Of a stretch of 64,000 nucleotides of DNA, positions 28,287 through 37,646 are shown one piece after another (position 1 is the first letter of the stretch; every line of letters starts with the position of its first letter). This stretch comes from Candidatus Melainabacteria bacterium 17Bon1m (GTDB taxonomy: Bacteria > Cyanobacteriota > Vampirovibrionia > Obscuribacterales > Obscuribacteraceae): assembly GCA_032128875.1 (NCBI GenBank), contig JAVLKG010000003.1, positions 289,008 through 353,007 on the forward strand, written 5' to 3'. The notes beneath the pieces are model-generated. The model was not told where the DNA came from, did not search any database, and worked only from the letters and a program-made list of their open reading frames with translations. Both the position numbers and the translations under genes were made by a program.

Positions 28287-29042
28287 TCAAATCGTAAGCT
28301 CCTGCCATGGATCGACAAAAACTACCCCGTCGCGAACATCGGAGATTAAAACTTTGGCGCCGCGCTTATATTCGTTTTCGGCAGCGCTCGACTTGGCGGG
28401 CATGTTGTAGCGTTTTGAGCCCAAGACGTAAGTGATTTCTCCGGTTCTTCCTGGCTGAATCGATACGCAAACCTCCGCGGCATGACCGATGCATTCTTCT
28501 ACTCGAGACGTCGTGGATACATGGGACTGCCGCACAAACCAGCGCAGCATGAACATCGTCACGTTGCGCATCAACAAACCTACGGCAATGGCAGGCACCA
28601 AACTCAGTGCCCCGAGTTTAAAAATTGCCATGCCCGTAATTCCGAAAAAGGCGAGAAAAATCGCCATAGACGCCGGGCTTACCCACGACATTACTCTTAG
28701 AAGAACTGGTGTACGGGCACGACCTTGGTCCAGATTCGTGACCTTCGACATTTCCTTCAGTTGCGTGGCGGGGTCGTCTCCATGCCCATGTCCGGTGTCA
28801 TGTCCGACTTCGTGTCCGGCATGCGAGTGCCCAATCTGGGCGTGAGCCCCAGTATCATGACCGTGTCCCAGCAAATGATGTGCGCCTGTTTCATGACCGT
28901 CGAAAGCGCCATGATCACCATGTTCGCCACCAGCATCGTGTCCGATGTGCCCGGAGACCATGCTGAAAATCATGTATCCGAAGCCCAGCACAGAGCTGAC
29001 AACGTAAAGAGTTCCGAATGTGCCTAATGATTCCACTGGCAA
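28287..29042 (-). CDS. NfeD/YuaF/YqiJ-like flotillin partner with His-rich loop (copy 2)
   Basis: TM, His/Gly/Asp-rich loop, FLAFFGITG TMs, C-terminal OB-like domain (IGHAAEVCVSIQPGRTGEI…VFVDP). Confidence 0.85.
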   Translation of the reverse strand: MPVESLGTFGTLYVVSSVLGFGYMIFSMVSGHIGHDAGGEHGDHGAFDGHETGAHHLLGHGHDTGAHAQIGHSHAGHEVGHDTGHGHGDDPATQLKEMSKVTNLDQGRARTPVLLRVMSWVSPASMAIFLAFFGITGMAIFKLGALSLVPAIAVGLLMRNVTMFMLRWFVRQSHVSTTSRVEECIGHAAEVCVSIQPGRTGEITYVLGSKRYNMPAKSSAAENEYKRGAKVLISDVRDGVVFVDPWQELTI

Positions 29043-29223
29043 AACTCGCAGTTTTGAAGGCTATTGGTTTTGAAAAGCTATGAGATTCCTATTACCGAAA
29101 TTCCCGCTAAGTGGCATCGGTAAACCGGAAAACCATTAAGAGAAGTGGAATTTTGGTGTACTCGAAGTCTTACATTGTGCCTTCAACACTCTGGAATTAT
29201 TGATGTGGAGAGCCTTTTCGCCG

Positions 29224-30015
29224 TTAAGCTTCGCTCGTTTCTGCCGACTGGCAGTCCATAACGATGAAGACACCTTCCTTTATATCGGTCACCCAGACTT
29301 TCTGTCCGCGGACGAAATTAGCGCCGATAACTTCAGCTCTTGCGGGCGCATTGAAGCGTTTCCCGCCTATTTCATAGAAAACTTCACCCGTGCGTCCATC
29401 CGAAACCGGCAGACATATCGTCGCTTCCCCGCCAATTGCCGCTTCTGTGCTGACTGCTGTGGAAACCGTGGAGATCTCGCTGAATTTTTCCAGCAGGTTG
29501 AAAAACACCTTTCGAGCGATCAAACCCACCACAATCGCGCACGGCAGGGAGAGAATCTTGGGAACGCTGTCCAGTTGCAGACAAAGAAAACCGAACATAC
29601 CACCCATGGAAAACATGATGGCGACTGACGTCGGGTTGAAGTAGTCGACCATGACGGGCCAAACGTGATGTGTGTGAAAGTGCGGCAGGTGCATGTGGGC
29701 GGAGTGTTCGATTTTTGAAAGGACTGTTTTGCCGTGTCCCGTTCCGCCGTGTCCCCCAGCGTTTCCAGTGTTCGTGCCAGGCTGTGCAGCGTGATTGCTA
29801 CCGTGCTGTCCGGCTCCATGCCCGGCGCTGTGTCCCGAACTGTGCCCGGCTCCATGCCCCGAGCCATGCCCGGAGGCATCTCCGGAGCCGTGGATCGAGC
29901 GTTGCCCGTGATGTTTGTGCGTCAGCAAGCCCGAACCCATTGCTACGCATAGATACGCGGTGCCCAAAACCCCCGCAGCGCCGTAAATCAAGCTCAAAAT
30001 TTGGATGTTATCCAT
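29224..30015 (-). CDS. NfeD/YuaF/YqiJ-like protein with GHG-repeat loop (copy 1)
   Basis: Same architecture as 28287-29042; GHGSGHGAGHSSGHSAGHGAG; IGGEATICLPVSDGRTGEV. Confidence 0.85.
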   Translation of the reverse strand: MDNIQILSLIYGAAGVLGTAYLCVAMGSGLLTHKHHGQRSIHGSGDASGHGSGHGAGHSSGHSAGHGAGQHGSNHAAQPGTNTGNAGGHGGTGHGKTVLSKIEHSAHMHLPHFHTHHVWPVMVDYFNPTSVAIMFSMGGMFGFLCLQLDSVPKILSLPCAIVVGLIARKVFFNLLEKFSEISTVSTAVSTEAAIGGEATICLPVSDGRTGEVFYEIGGKRFNAPARAEVIGANFVRGQKVWVTDIKEGVFIVMDCQSAETSEA

Positions 30016-30092
30016 AAGTTATGCTTTGCCCAAAATGGGTCATTTTTCTTTGAAATAGGCCGATAATGGAATCGGGCGAGTGACAATCTCAA

Positions 30093-32786
30093 GTGTTCAA
30101 CCACACACGGCAGGTCAGTTTGGAAGTAGTTGTAACTCACAACAGCATGGACTTTGATTCACTTGGTTCGCAGCTCGCTGTCACCAAGTTGTTTCCTGCT
30201 GCCCGTATGGTGCTTGGCACGCCACTCTTCGGCAATGTGCGCAACTTCTTAGCGCTCTATCGCAGCAGCCTGCCTATTGTGCAAATGAAGTATGTCGACT
30301 GCAAGAAAGTGACTCGAATGTATGTCGTCGATTGCCAAAATGCAGAACGTCTGGATGCCGGTTGCCGCGAGCTGCTTACTGTCCCGGGTAAGCAAATTCC
30401 CTATCTTGTGTTTGACCATCACGGCGTCGATCCCGCGGGGCTTGCTGAAGGCGCGGAAGCAGGTTCGATAGTGGAACCTGTAGGTGCGGCCACGACTTTG
30501 CTTGTTGAATTGATCAAAAAACAACGCATTAAGCTGACTGCTTTCGAAGCCACCGTGATGGCTCTGGGTATCTACGAAGACACAGGCTGCTTGACTTATA
30601 AGGGTACGACTGAGCGTGACTGTTTGGCGGTCGCGTATCTGCTCAAATGTGGCGCGGACCTCCATCACGTTAATGAATACATTCATCCGAAGCTAAGCGA
30701 CGAACATTCACAGCTTTTGCAAGAAATGGTGAAGACGTGTACCACGACCACTCTTGAAGGTGTGCGCATCGTTGTCGCGACTGCCCGCATCAATGATTTT
30801 CTACCTGAGCTGGCTGGTTTGACGCGGAAACTCATGGAGATCGAATCAGCCGGAGCCGCCTTTACTGCTGTTTATATGCGCGATCGCGTTCATCTTGTCG
30901 GACGAAGCGACGCAGCGTCTGTTGATGTGCGACCGGTTGTAAGGCTTTTCGGTGGTGATGGACATCATGGAGCAGGCTCGGCGGTTATTAAGACGGAAGA
31001 TCTTGAGTCAGTCGCATCGAGCATCCGCAGCTGTCTTGAGTCAAATGTGAGCCCCGAGAAGACAGCAGCGGAAATTATGACTTCGCCTGTCAGGACCGTT
31101 CCGCCGACGGTTTCTATGGATGAAGCCAGTCGCATCATGATCCGCTACGGGCAGGATGGCTTGGTTGTGACCGATGAGGGCAAGGTTGTCGGCGTGGTTT
31201 CGCGTCGCGATATCGATCAAGCCACGCACCACAGGCTCGGGCACGCGCCGGTTAACGGTTTTATGAGTCGACCTGTTATGACTATTCAGCCGCGAACTCC
31301 CCTGAGTAAAATCCAAGAGCTGATGGTCAAAGAGGATATTGGCCGCTTGCCGGTGCTCGATGAAGACGGGAAGCTGGTCGGGCTTGTGTCGCGAATCGAT
31401 GTGCTCAGAATTCTTTATGGACCAAAAGCAAGCAGCAAGTCGGGCGGGCTCGCTTCTGACGATGTTGACTGGTCGGCTCCAGGTTCTTCCAAGCGAGCTA
31501 CAGTTGCTGCGGACCTCGGCAGCAAAGTGCGTACGACGACGGCATCGACGCAGTGGCTCTGCGAATTGATTGGCGAAACGGCTGCACGGCTCGGCATGAC
31601 CGGGTATCTTGTCGGAGGCTGTGTGCGGGATTTGCTGTTGGAGAAGGAGAACTTCGACCTTGATTTCGTGATTGAAGGTTCTGCAATAGAGTTGGGAGAT
31701 CAGCTCCAAAATACTTATCCTGGGCGCCTCAAGGTCGTCGCGCGGCACGAGCGGTTTCAAACTGCAACGCTCGAATTTTATTGCGAGGACAAGCGCGAGG
31801 TTGATTTGTCGACTGCGCGTACTGAGTTTTACGAGTATCCTGCGGCCTTGCCCACGGTTGAGCCTTCCCGCTTGGAGCAGGATCTTTTGCGTCGCGACTT
31901 CACGATAAATGCGCTGGCAGTTTGTCTAAACCCCGGTAGGTTCGGTCAACTAGTCGATTATTTCGGAGGCATGCAAGACATAAAGGATCGTGTGCTTCGA
32001 ATTCTGCACCCGTTCAGTTTTATTGAAGACCCAACGCGAATTATCAGAGCTGCACGGTTTGCAGCGCGTCTTGGCTTCCAGCTCGAGCCAAAGAGTAAAG
32101 AGCAAGCCCGTCGCGCTATCGCTATGGGGATTTTTGACGACCTTGGCGGTGTGCGTATACGGACTGAGTTGAAGTTGATTTTGGCGTCTCCGCATCGCGT
32201 CAGCGCACTTGATTTGCTGGGGGACTTGGGTGGGCGTTTGCGCTACCTTGATGCAGAACTGGAATATGGTCTTCCCGTTCGCAGTCTACTGAGAAGAGCT
32301 GAGCGACTGCTTGAACACTATCCGGTCGAAGAAACCTGGCTTGTCCATCTTGGACTTTTGATTGCTGGATTGCCGAAGGAGCGCCTCGAAGCGTGTTTGG
32401 AACGCCTTCAATTGCAAGTGGACCACAAGCAAAAAATACTAAGCGGCTTGCGTTTGCCTGATCAGATCGGCGAGCCAGAGCAAGAACCAAAGCGTAGCCA
32501 GATTTATCACCTCTTTCACGGACAATCGAAAGAGTCACTGGCAATCGCGGCGTGTCTGGCACGACCGGGGTCTTTGACCAGACGTATGATCAAACTTTAT
32601 CTCGATCAATTAGGTGATACGGAGATTGAACTGACCGGAGCCGATCTTTTAAAGCTTGGATTTGCACAAGGCCCGGGGCTGGGACGTGTGCTGGAGGCTC
32701 TTCTTGACGCACGGCTGGACGGCAGCATCCGGTCGCGAGAAGACGAGTTGGCATATGTTCACGCCAACGCGGAGATGGTGCGATAA
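30093..32786 (+). CDS. tRNA nucleotidyltransferase with DHH, DHHA1 and CBS domains (probably A-adding type)
   Basis: THNSMDFD, FDHH, GHHGAGS, CBS pair, LVGGCVRD, DLDF, RRDFTINA, EDPTRIIRAARF. Confidence 0.92.
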   Translation: MFNHTRQVSLEVVVTHNSMDFDSLGSQLAVTKLFPAARMVLGTPLFGNVRNFLALYRSSLPIVQMKYVDCKKVTRMYVVDCQNAERLDAGCRELLTVPGKQIPYLVFDHHGVDPAGLAEGAEAGSIVEPVGAATTLLVELIKKQRIKLTAFEATVMALGIYEDTGCLTYKGTTERDCLAVAYLLKCGADLHHVNEYIHPKLSDEHSQLLQEMVKTCTTTTLEGVRIVVATARINDFLPELAGLTRKLMEIESAGAAFTAVYMRDRVHLVGRSDAASVDVRPVVRLFGGDGHHGAGSAVIKTEDLESVASSIRSCLESNVSPEKTAAEIMTSPVRTVPPTVSMDEASRIMIRYGQDGLVVTDEGKVVGVVSRRDIDQATHHRLGHAPVNGFMSRPVMTIQPRTPLSKIQELMVKEDIGRLPVLDEDGKLVGLVSRIDVLRILYGPKASSKSGGLASDDVDWSAPGSSKRATVAADLGSKVRTTTASTQWLCELIGETAARLGMTGYLVGGCVRDLLLEKENFDLDFVIEGSAIELGDQLQNTYPGRLKVVARHERFQTATLEFYCEDKREVDLSTARTEFYEYPAALPTVEPSRLEQDLLRRDFTINALAVCLNPGRFGQLVDYFGGMQDIKDRVLRILHPFSFIEDPTRIIRAARFAARLGFQLEPKSKEQARRAIAMGIFDDLGGVRIRTELKLILASPHRVSALDLLGDLGGRLRYLDAELEYGLPVRSLLRRAERLLEHYPVEETWLVHLGLLIAGLPKERLEACLERLQLQVDHKQKILSGLRLPDQIGEPEQEPKRSQIYHLFHGQSKESLAIAACLARPGSLTRRMIKLYLDQLGDTEIELTGADLLKLGFAQGPGLGRVLEALLDARLDGSIRSREDELAYVHANAEMVR

Positions 32787-32813
32787 TTTTCTGGTCTACC
32801 TTCGTGGGAAACC

Positions 32814-33275
32814 ATGCCAGAACTTACGATCATTCCTTTCCTCTCTTGTATTCTGACCTTTGTGGTTGTCTACAAGTTTTTGACTCCACGTCTCACTGAC
32901 GGCAACGTAGTATTCAAGGAAGTTAGTGTTCAGAGTTTTGCTATATCCTCGTTTACGTACTCACTGTTATTTACTATTCTCAGCTGTCCAATTTCATTTG
33001 CGGTCGCGTCTGCCATCACGCCTTTCGTCAAGGACTTCGTTAACAATGCGGATTATTCGGTCTACATGGCAATGAGCGCAGTGCTCAAATGTGTGATATT
33101 TCAAGCTATCTTTTTTGCAATGTCATTAGTGGCAGGGAAATATTGCAGTAAGGTCATCACTGTGAATGGAAAGCTCAACGCGTGGAAAGCTGCGTGGGTG
33201 CATGCGTTTATCGTGAGTATTTTAGTTGTTGTATTCTCGGTAATCCTGCAGCAATTCATATCTGCGTCGTTTTAG
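32814..33275 (+). CDS. Hypothetical membrane protein (~4 TM)
   Basis: 153-aa ORF with four hydrophobic segments. Confidence 0.65.
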   Translation: MPELTIIPFLSCILTFVVVYKFLTPRLTDGNVVFKEVSVQSFAISSFTYSLLFTILSCPISFAVASAITPFVKDFVNNADYSVYMAMSAVLKCVIFQAIFFAMSLVAGKYCSKVITVNGKLNAWKAAWVHAFIVSILVVVFSVILQQFISASF

Positions 33276-33300
33276 TCTTTGCAGTCATGATTGTACCTGC

Positions 33301-34302
33301 TCAGAGTTTTCTTTCCGGCACAAGTATTGATACCGCCTGTGGTACTACCTCGATTTGCATAGGTGTTGTTCCGTACGCATCACCGTCGATCATGGCAATC
33401 ACTTCTTTTTGTGGCTCTGGCGGAGGTTCTTCCTCGCCCATGAAAAAGTTCTTTATGGTAGATCCGATCGCTTGAAGTCTTGTTTTCTTTGCTGGTTTTG
33501 GAATTACTTCAACAAGTAGAGACGAAACTTTGCGAATGTAGTACGGTGCTTTACCACCGACAAAACCTCCCGCAAAGCGGAATCCGAGGTCTACGTAGTC
33601 TTGGAATTCTGTGGGGTTCAAGACACAAAGGTCTAGCAAACCGTCATTCAATTCGGCCGTGTCAGAGAGTTTTCCCACACCAAGATCGGAAATGTTGGTG
33701 ATAAAAACTCCAGCAGCTCGCACGATAAACGACTCGCCCACTGTTGTAAGCCTGAAGTTTGCCGGCGGAAGCGCAAGAGTTTGAATCATCGAACTTGCAT
33801 AAGCCAACATTTTCCAATTCACCTTTTCCTGATGATCTGTGGCGATGACCGCGTCGGAAAGCGGACCAGCGCCTGCTGCGACGCAAAAGTATTCTCCGTT
33901 CATTACACCTAAGTCGATCGCCATTGGCTTTCCTGTCATCAGAACTTTAATCGCTTCATCAAGCGGATCGCCGAGTATGTTCTCTTCGTAAATGCCGAGG
34001 TTGCGCGCCAGCTGGTTGCCTGTGCCAAGCGGAAGAATGCCGACTGGAACGCGCGGACGATAACGTGCCACCGCCCCTAGTGCAAAGCGTACTGTTCCAT
34101 CTCCACCTGCTGCTACAACGAGATCGGGATGGGGTACATGCTGGAACATCTCTTGTAAGTCCATGCCCGGCCGCGTCGGCATCACAGTGACGGCGTAATC
34201 AGCTTCTTCGCAGAGGCGGTGCACAATCGCGCCCAGCCACAAGTCTGGTCCTACAGCCGTACCGGCAATTGGGTTGTATACGACTATTGCGTGCTTGTGC
34301 AT
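33301..34302 (-). CDS. Diacylglycerol-kinase-family lipid kinase (YegS/BmrU-like)
   Basis: YNPIAG, AGGDGT, LPLGTGNQLARNL, DGLLD, IDGD. Confidence 0.92.
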   Translation of the reverse strand: MHKHAIVVYNPIAGTAVGPDLWLGAIVHRLCEEADYAVTVMPTRPGMDLQEMFQHVPHPDLVVAAGGDGTVRFALGAVARYRPRVPVGILPLGTGNQLARNLGIYEENILGDPLDEAIKVLMTGKPMAIDLGVMNGEYFCVAAGAGPLSDAVIATDHQEKVNWKMLAYASSMIQTLALPPANFRLTTVGESFIVRAAGVFITNISDLGVGKLSDTAELNDGLLDLCVLNPTEFQDYVDLGFRFAGGFVGGKAPYYIRKVSSLLVEVIPKPAKKTRLQAIGSTIKNFFMGEEEPPPEPQKEVIAMIDGDAYGTTPMQIEVVPQAVSILVPERKL

Positions 34303-34654
34303 TGAATTGTTCTAGGAATTAGCATTACTTTTGTTTCTCTTTGCAACCATTCTTTACTTGCGGCATGCGTGTTTTCAAAGGTAAAGAATATTCTCACACT
34401 CAATTTTCGGCTGCTTTTCTCTTGGTAGTCAACAGGCTGTGAGATGCGTTCTGTCATCTTTTCAAGACCTTGGCAACTATGTCCGATATTGATTGTAAAT
34501 GCGAGATTCTAAGAAGGCTTTCTGTTCCAGCCGATGTGGCTGTGCTAACGTTGTTGAATGATTTCGTTTGACAATTAACTCGATTTCAGTATTGTATTCG
34601 ACACCATCCTGATTCGCATTTCCAAATCCCTAATTATAGGAAGGACGGCATCCA

Positions 34655-35275
34655 TTGCGTGGAACGAAGACCAAAACGAGCGGGCTAGCAGCTTTCGCCC
34701 TGATGGCGTTTGTCGCTTTGCAACCAATTGTGGTGGCACAGCCCAGCGAAGCTCGTCAAAAATCAGAAGGTCCGCATGCAGTTATTGAAGAGGTACACAA
34801 CGGTAAGACGTTCTGTGTAAGCCACGCTTTGATAAAGGCTAAGCCCGACGAAGTTTGGCATATCCTCACGGACTACAACAATGCTCATCGCACTTTTCCT
34901 ATGATGAAGAAGTGCCAGGTTATTGAAGATCGTGGTTGTACCAAGCTGATGAAGCATGTGGTTGCGCCCACCGGAGCTCTTTGCACCTATGAGTACATCA
35001 TTGAGTTGAAAGAGACCGATAAAAAGAGTCTGGAGTGGAAGCGTGTCAGCGGTAGCTTCAAAGAAGTAGACGGCTGGTGGAAGCTGGAGCCAGTTGATGG
35101 CGGAAGGCACACCATGGTCACTTACGGAACCTATGTAAATGGTGGTCTGTTCATTCCTCAGGGCTTGATCAGACGTCAGTTCAGAACTGACATGCCGATG
35201 GTTATGTCAACTTTGACAAAAACCGCCGAAAGCAGCACTCAGATTGCTTCACGCCGAGAGCCTGCTAATCAGTAG
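34655..35275 (+). CDS. SRPBCC/START-fold (polyketide cyclase-like) protein with signal peptide
   Basis: VWHILTDYN, GSFKEVDGWWKLEP; TTG start after GGAAGGA. Confidence 0.85.
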   Translation: MRGTKTKTSGLAAFALMAFVALQPIVVAQPSEARQKSEGPHAVIEEVHNGKTFCVSHALIKAKPDEVWHILTDYNNAHRTFPMMKKCQVIEDRGCTKLMKHVVAPTGALCTYEYIIELKETDKKSLEWKRVSGSFKEVDGWWKLEPVDGGRHTMVTYGTYVNGGLFIPQGLIRRQFRTDMPMVMSTLTKTAESSTQIASRREPANQ

Positions 35276-35289
35276 CAACCAATTATTCA

Positions 35290-35342
35290 GTAGGTGAAGC
35301 GTATGCGCTTCCCTGGCAGGGAGACGCATGCGGCTCCCGTAC
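35290..35342. repeat. REP-like double palindrome, diverged copy
   Basis: GTAGGTGAAGCGTATGCGCTTCCCTGGCAGGGAGACGCATGCGGCTCCCGTAC, near-identical to 45279-45331. Confidence 0.8.
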
Positions 35343-35350
35343 GAAATATA

Positions 35351-35376
35351 AAGGGCTCCTCAAACGAGGAGCCCTT
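35351..35376 (+). terminator. Probable intrinsic terminator
   Basis: AAGGGCTCCTC-AAAC-GAGGAGCCCTT, perfect 11-bp stem followed by a T-rich stretch. Confidence 0.7.
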
Positions 35377-35481
35377 CTTGTATTGACTTCTGAAGCCCAT
35401 CTCATGCGTTGCACTTCTTCTTACGTATGCAGGACCGGCGCTATTCTTGCTAGAATACAAAACTTGCGAATACGCATTTGA

Positions 35482-35569
35482 GGAGAGGTACCGAAGCGGT
35501 CATAACGGCGCCGTCTCGAAAGCGGATGGGCGAATAGCCACGTGGGTTCGAATCCCACCCTCTCCGCCA
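35482..35569 (+). tRNA. tRNA-Ser (anticodon CGA)
   Basis: GGAGAGG/CCTCTCC acceptor stem, anticodon loop CTCGAAA, long variable arm, GGTTCGAATCC, G discriminator, encoded CCA. Confidence 0.95.
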
Positions 35570-35683
35570 TTTTTCGGACTACACGCATAAGCGTGTGGGA
35601 AAAGATAGGGAAAACGCAAATTCGCTGGGCTTCATGGCGGTTTGCGCCTTTGAGCATTCAGAAAAGAACTTAGGGGATTCACA

Positions 35684-36781
35684 ATGCAGGTAGGGATTGT
35701 AGGACTTTCAGTCACGGGCAAAACTAGCGTGTTCAACGCCGTCAGCGGCGGCTCTGCGCAGGTTGGCGGGTTTTCCGGCAATGAAGCGAATATCGCGGTC
35801 GTCTCGGTCCCGGATGAGCGTCAGAGCTGGCTTGCTGAGTTGTACAAAACGAAAAAGACCACATACGCAACTGTCGAATTAGTCGATGTCGCCGGTGTTC
35901 AGGCCGGGCAGGCCAAAGAAGGCGGCTTCAACCCTGCAATGATGCAAAGCCTCAGGCAGGTCGATGCCCTTGTTCATGTCGTTCGCGTTTTCGACAATCC
36001 TTCTGTTCCGCATCCCGAAGGCAGCATCGATCCTTGCAGAGACGCTGAGCTGTTTGAACTCGAGCTCATAATCGCCGATCTCGGCGTTGTTGAAAAACGC
36101 CTGGAGAAAATCGATGCAGAGATAGGTCGTAAGAAAGGACCTGAAAAACAAACCCTCGAGCAAGAGAAAGAACTGCTTTCCAAATTCAAAGAACAACTCA
36201 CATCCGAAAAACCACTGCGCACAGTCGAGTTGTCTGATGAAGAACAGAAGCTGATTCGTGGCTATACATTTCTATCGCAAAAGCCGATGCTCATCGTCGC
36301 AAACATCGATGAGTCGGACATTGGCAAGGAAAAAATCGACAAGCTGGACAAGCTGCAGTCATTCGCAGACAGCAAGGAAATTCCCGTGCTTACCTTCTGC
36401 GCGAAAACCGAAATGGAAATTGCTCAATTGGATGAAGCTGACCGTGCTGAGTTTATGACAGCGCTGGGCATTGTCGAATCGGGGCGGGAGAAGTTGATCA
36501 AAGCTTCCTATGCGCTTCTTCGTTTGATTGCATTCTTCACGGTAGGCGAAGACGAAGTAAAAGCCTGGACGATCACCAAAGGCACGCCGGCACAAGAAGC
36601 TGCGCGGAAGATTCACTCCGATATTGCTCGCGGTTTTATCCGAGCCGAAGTCGCTCCTTACGAGTCCATCCGCACTTTGGGCACCTGGAACAACGCCAAG
36701 GATAAAGGACAAGTTCGTCTGGAAGGCAAGGAATACCTCGTCGCCGACGGTGATTGCATCAATTTCCGATTTGCTGTCTAG
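35684..36781 (+). CDS. ychF: Ribosome-binding ATPase YchF
   Basis: GIVGLSVTGKTS, LVDVAG, FFTVGEDEVKAW, IHSDIARGFIRAEV, RLEGKEY…DGD. Confidence 0.95.
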   Translation: MQVGIVGLSVTGKTSVFNAVSGGSAQVGGFSGNEANIAVVSVPDERQSWLAELYKTKKTTYATVELVDVAGVQAGQAKEGGFNPAMMQSLRQVDALVHVVRVFDNPSVPHPEGSIDPCRDAELFELELIIADLGVVEKRLEKIDAEIGRKKGPEKQTLEQEKELLSKFKEQLTSEKPLRTVELSDEEQKLIRGYTFLSQKPMLIVANIDESDIGKEKIDKLDKLQSFADSKEIPVLTFCAKTEMEIAQLDEADRAEFMTALGIVESGREKLIKASYALLRLIAFFTVGEDEVKAWTITKGTPAQEAARKIHSDIARGFIRAEVAPYESIRTLGTWNNAKDKGQVRLEGKEYLVADGDCINFRFAV

Positions 36782-36821
36782 TTGACGTTGGACTGGAAGT
36801 GCGTTCTGAGGGGGGCGAGGC

Positions 36822-37505
36822 ATGATTGACAGTCGGCAAGGACTTCTTACGGTGCGTGTTCGAGATGGTCTAACTGCTAAAGACCTTGCAACACTATTGA
36901 GCGATCTCGATCTAGCGTATTCGCGCTTTAGTGCATATTTGAAAATTTCTGACAATTTCGACAATCGCATCGTTGAGTATATGCGAGATGTTAGGTTCTC
37001 CGAGTACCATGTTTCCCCTTACTGGAGGTATCAATTTAACCTTCAGGGTGAGAGTCAGTTCGAACCGATAATAGCGGCGGCAAAAAGAGAACGCGGGGAG
37101 TTAAGAATCAAGTCGCTCATCATCCAATCACCTGGATTAATTGAGCTTTTGGCCAGCGCACCTGTACTCGCTCTCATAGGGATGATCTATGTACAGCATA
37201 AGAAGTCGAAGGACGAAAGGCTAAAGATTGAATCAGAAGAGAGAAAAGCCAAAGACCTGAACGCGACAACGAGACATGGCATCGATTCGAAAGAGAGAAC
37301 TGAAAATCGGAAGATTGCGGCTGACTTATATAAGCATTACGTAGATAGAGAGTCGTTTTTCACTGAAGCGGCTCCTGGTCACCCTACGGAGCAATTCATT
37401 GAGGAAATGCTTGAACAGCCGTACAAAAAAATCGAAGGTATGGCAGGTAATAACAGAATAGAAGATATCAGTGCCAGCGAATTAGAAACTGAGGACGAAC
37501 AATAG
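36822..37505 (+). CDS. Hypothetical protein
   Basis: 227-aa ORF with one hydrophobic stretch followed by a charged coiled-coil-like region; no family recognised. Confidence 0.7.
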   Translation: MIDSRQGLLTVRVRDGLTAKDLATLLSDLDLAYSRFSAYLKISDNFDNRIVEYMRDVRFSEYHVSPYWRYQFNLQGESQFEPIIAAAKRERGELRIKSLIIQSPGLIELLASAPVLALIGMIYVQHKKSKDERLKIESEERKAKDLNATTRHGIDSKERTENRKIAADLYKHYVDRESFFTEAAPGHPTEQFIEEMLEQPYKKIEGMAGNNRIEDISASELETEDEQ

Positions 37506-37646
37506 AGCAGTTTCGGCAAGCGATTCTTGACTTTTCCTCGCGTAGCTTTATAGTTTGCCTAATTACTAGTTTTGCTTAAATACTAGAAGACTGCCAAAAT
37601 GAAACCTATGTCCGCGACGCGGATGAGGTGAAGCAGGTGGATTCCT

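Noticed and set aside
35421-35657. 78-aa minus-strand ORF (…MAERVGFEPT…)
   Set aside because: It is the antisense translation of tRNA-Ser.
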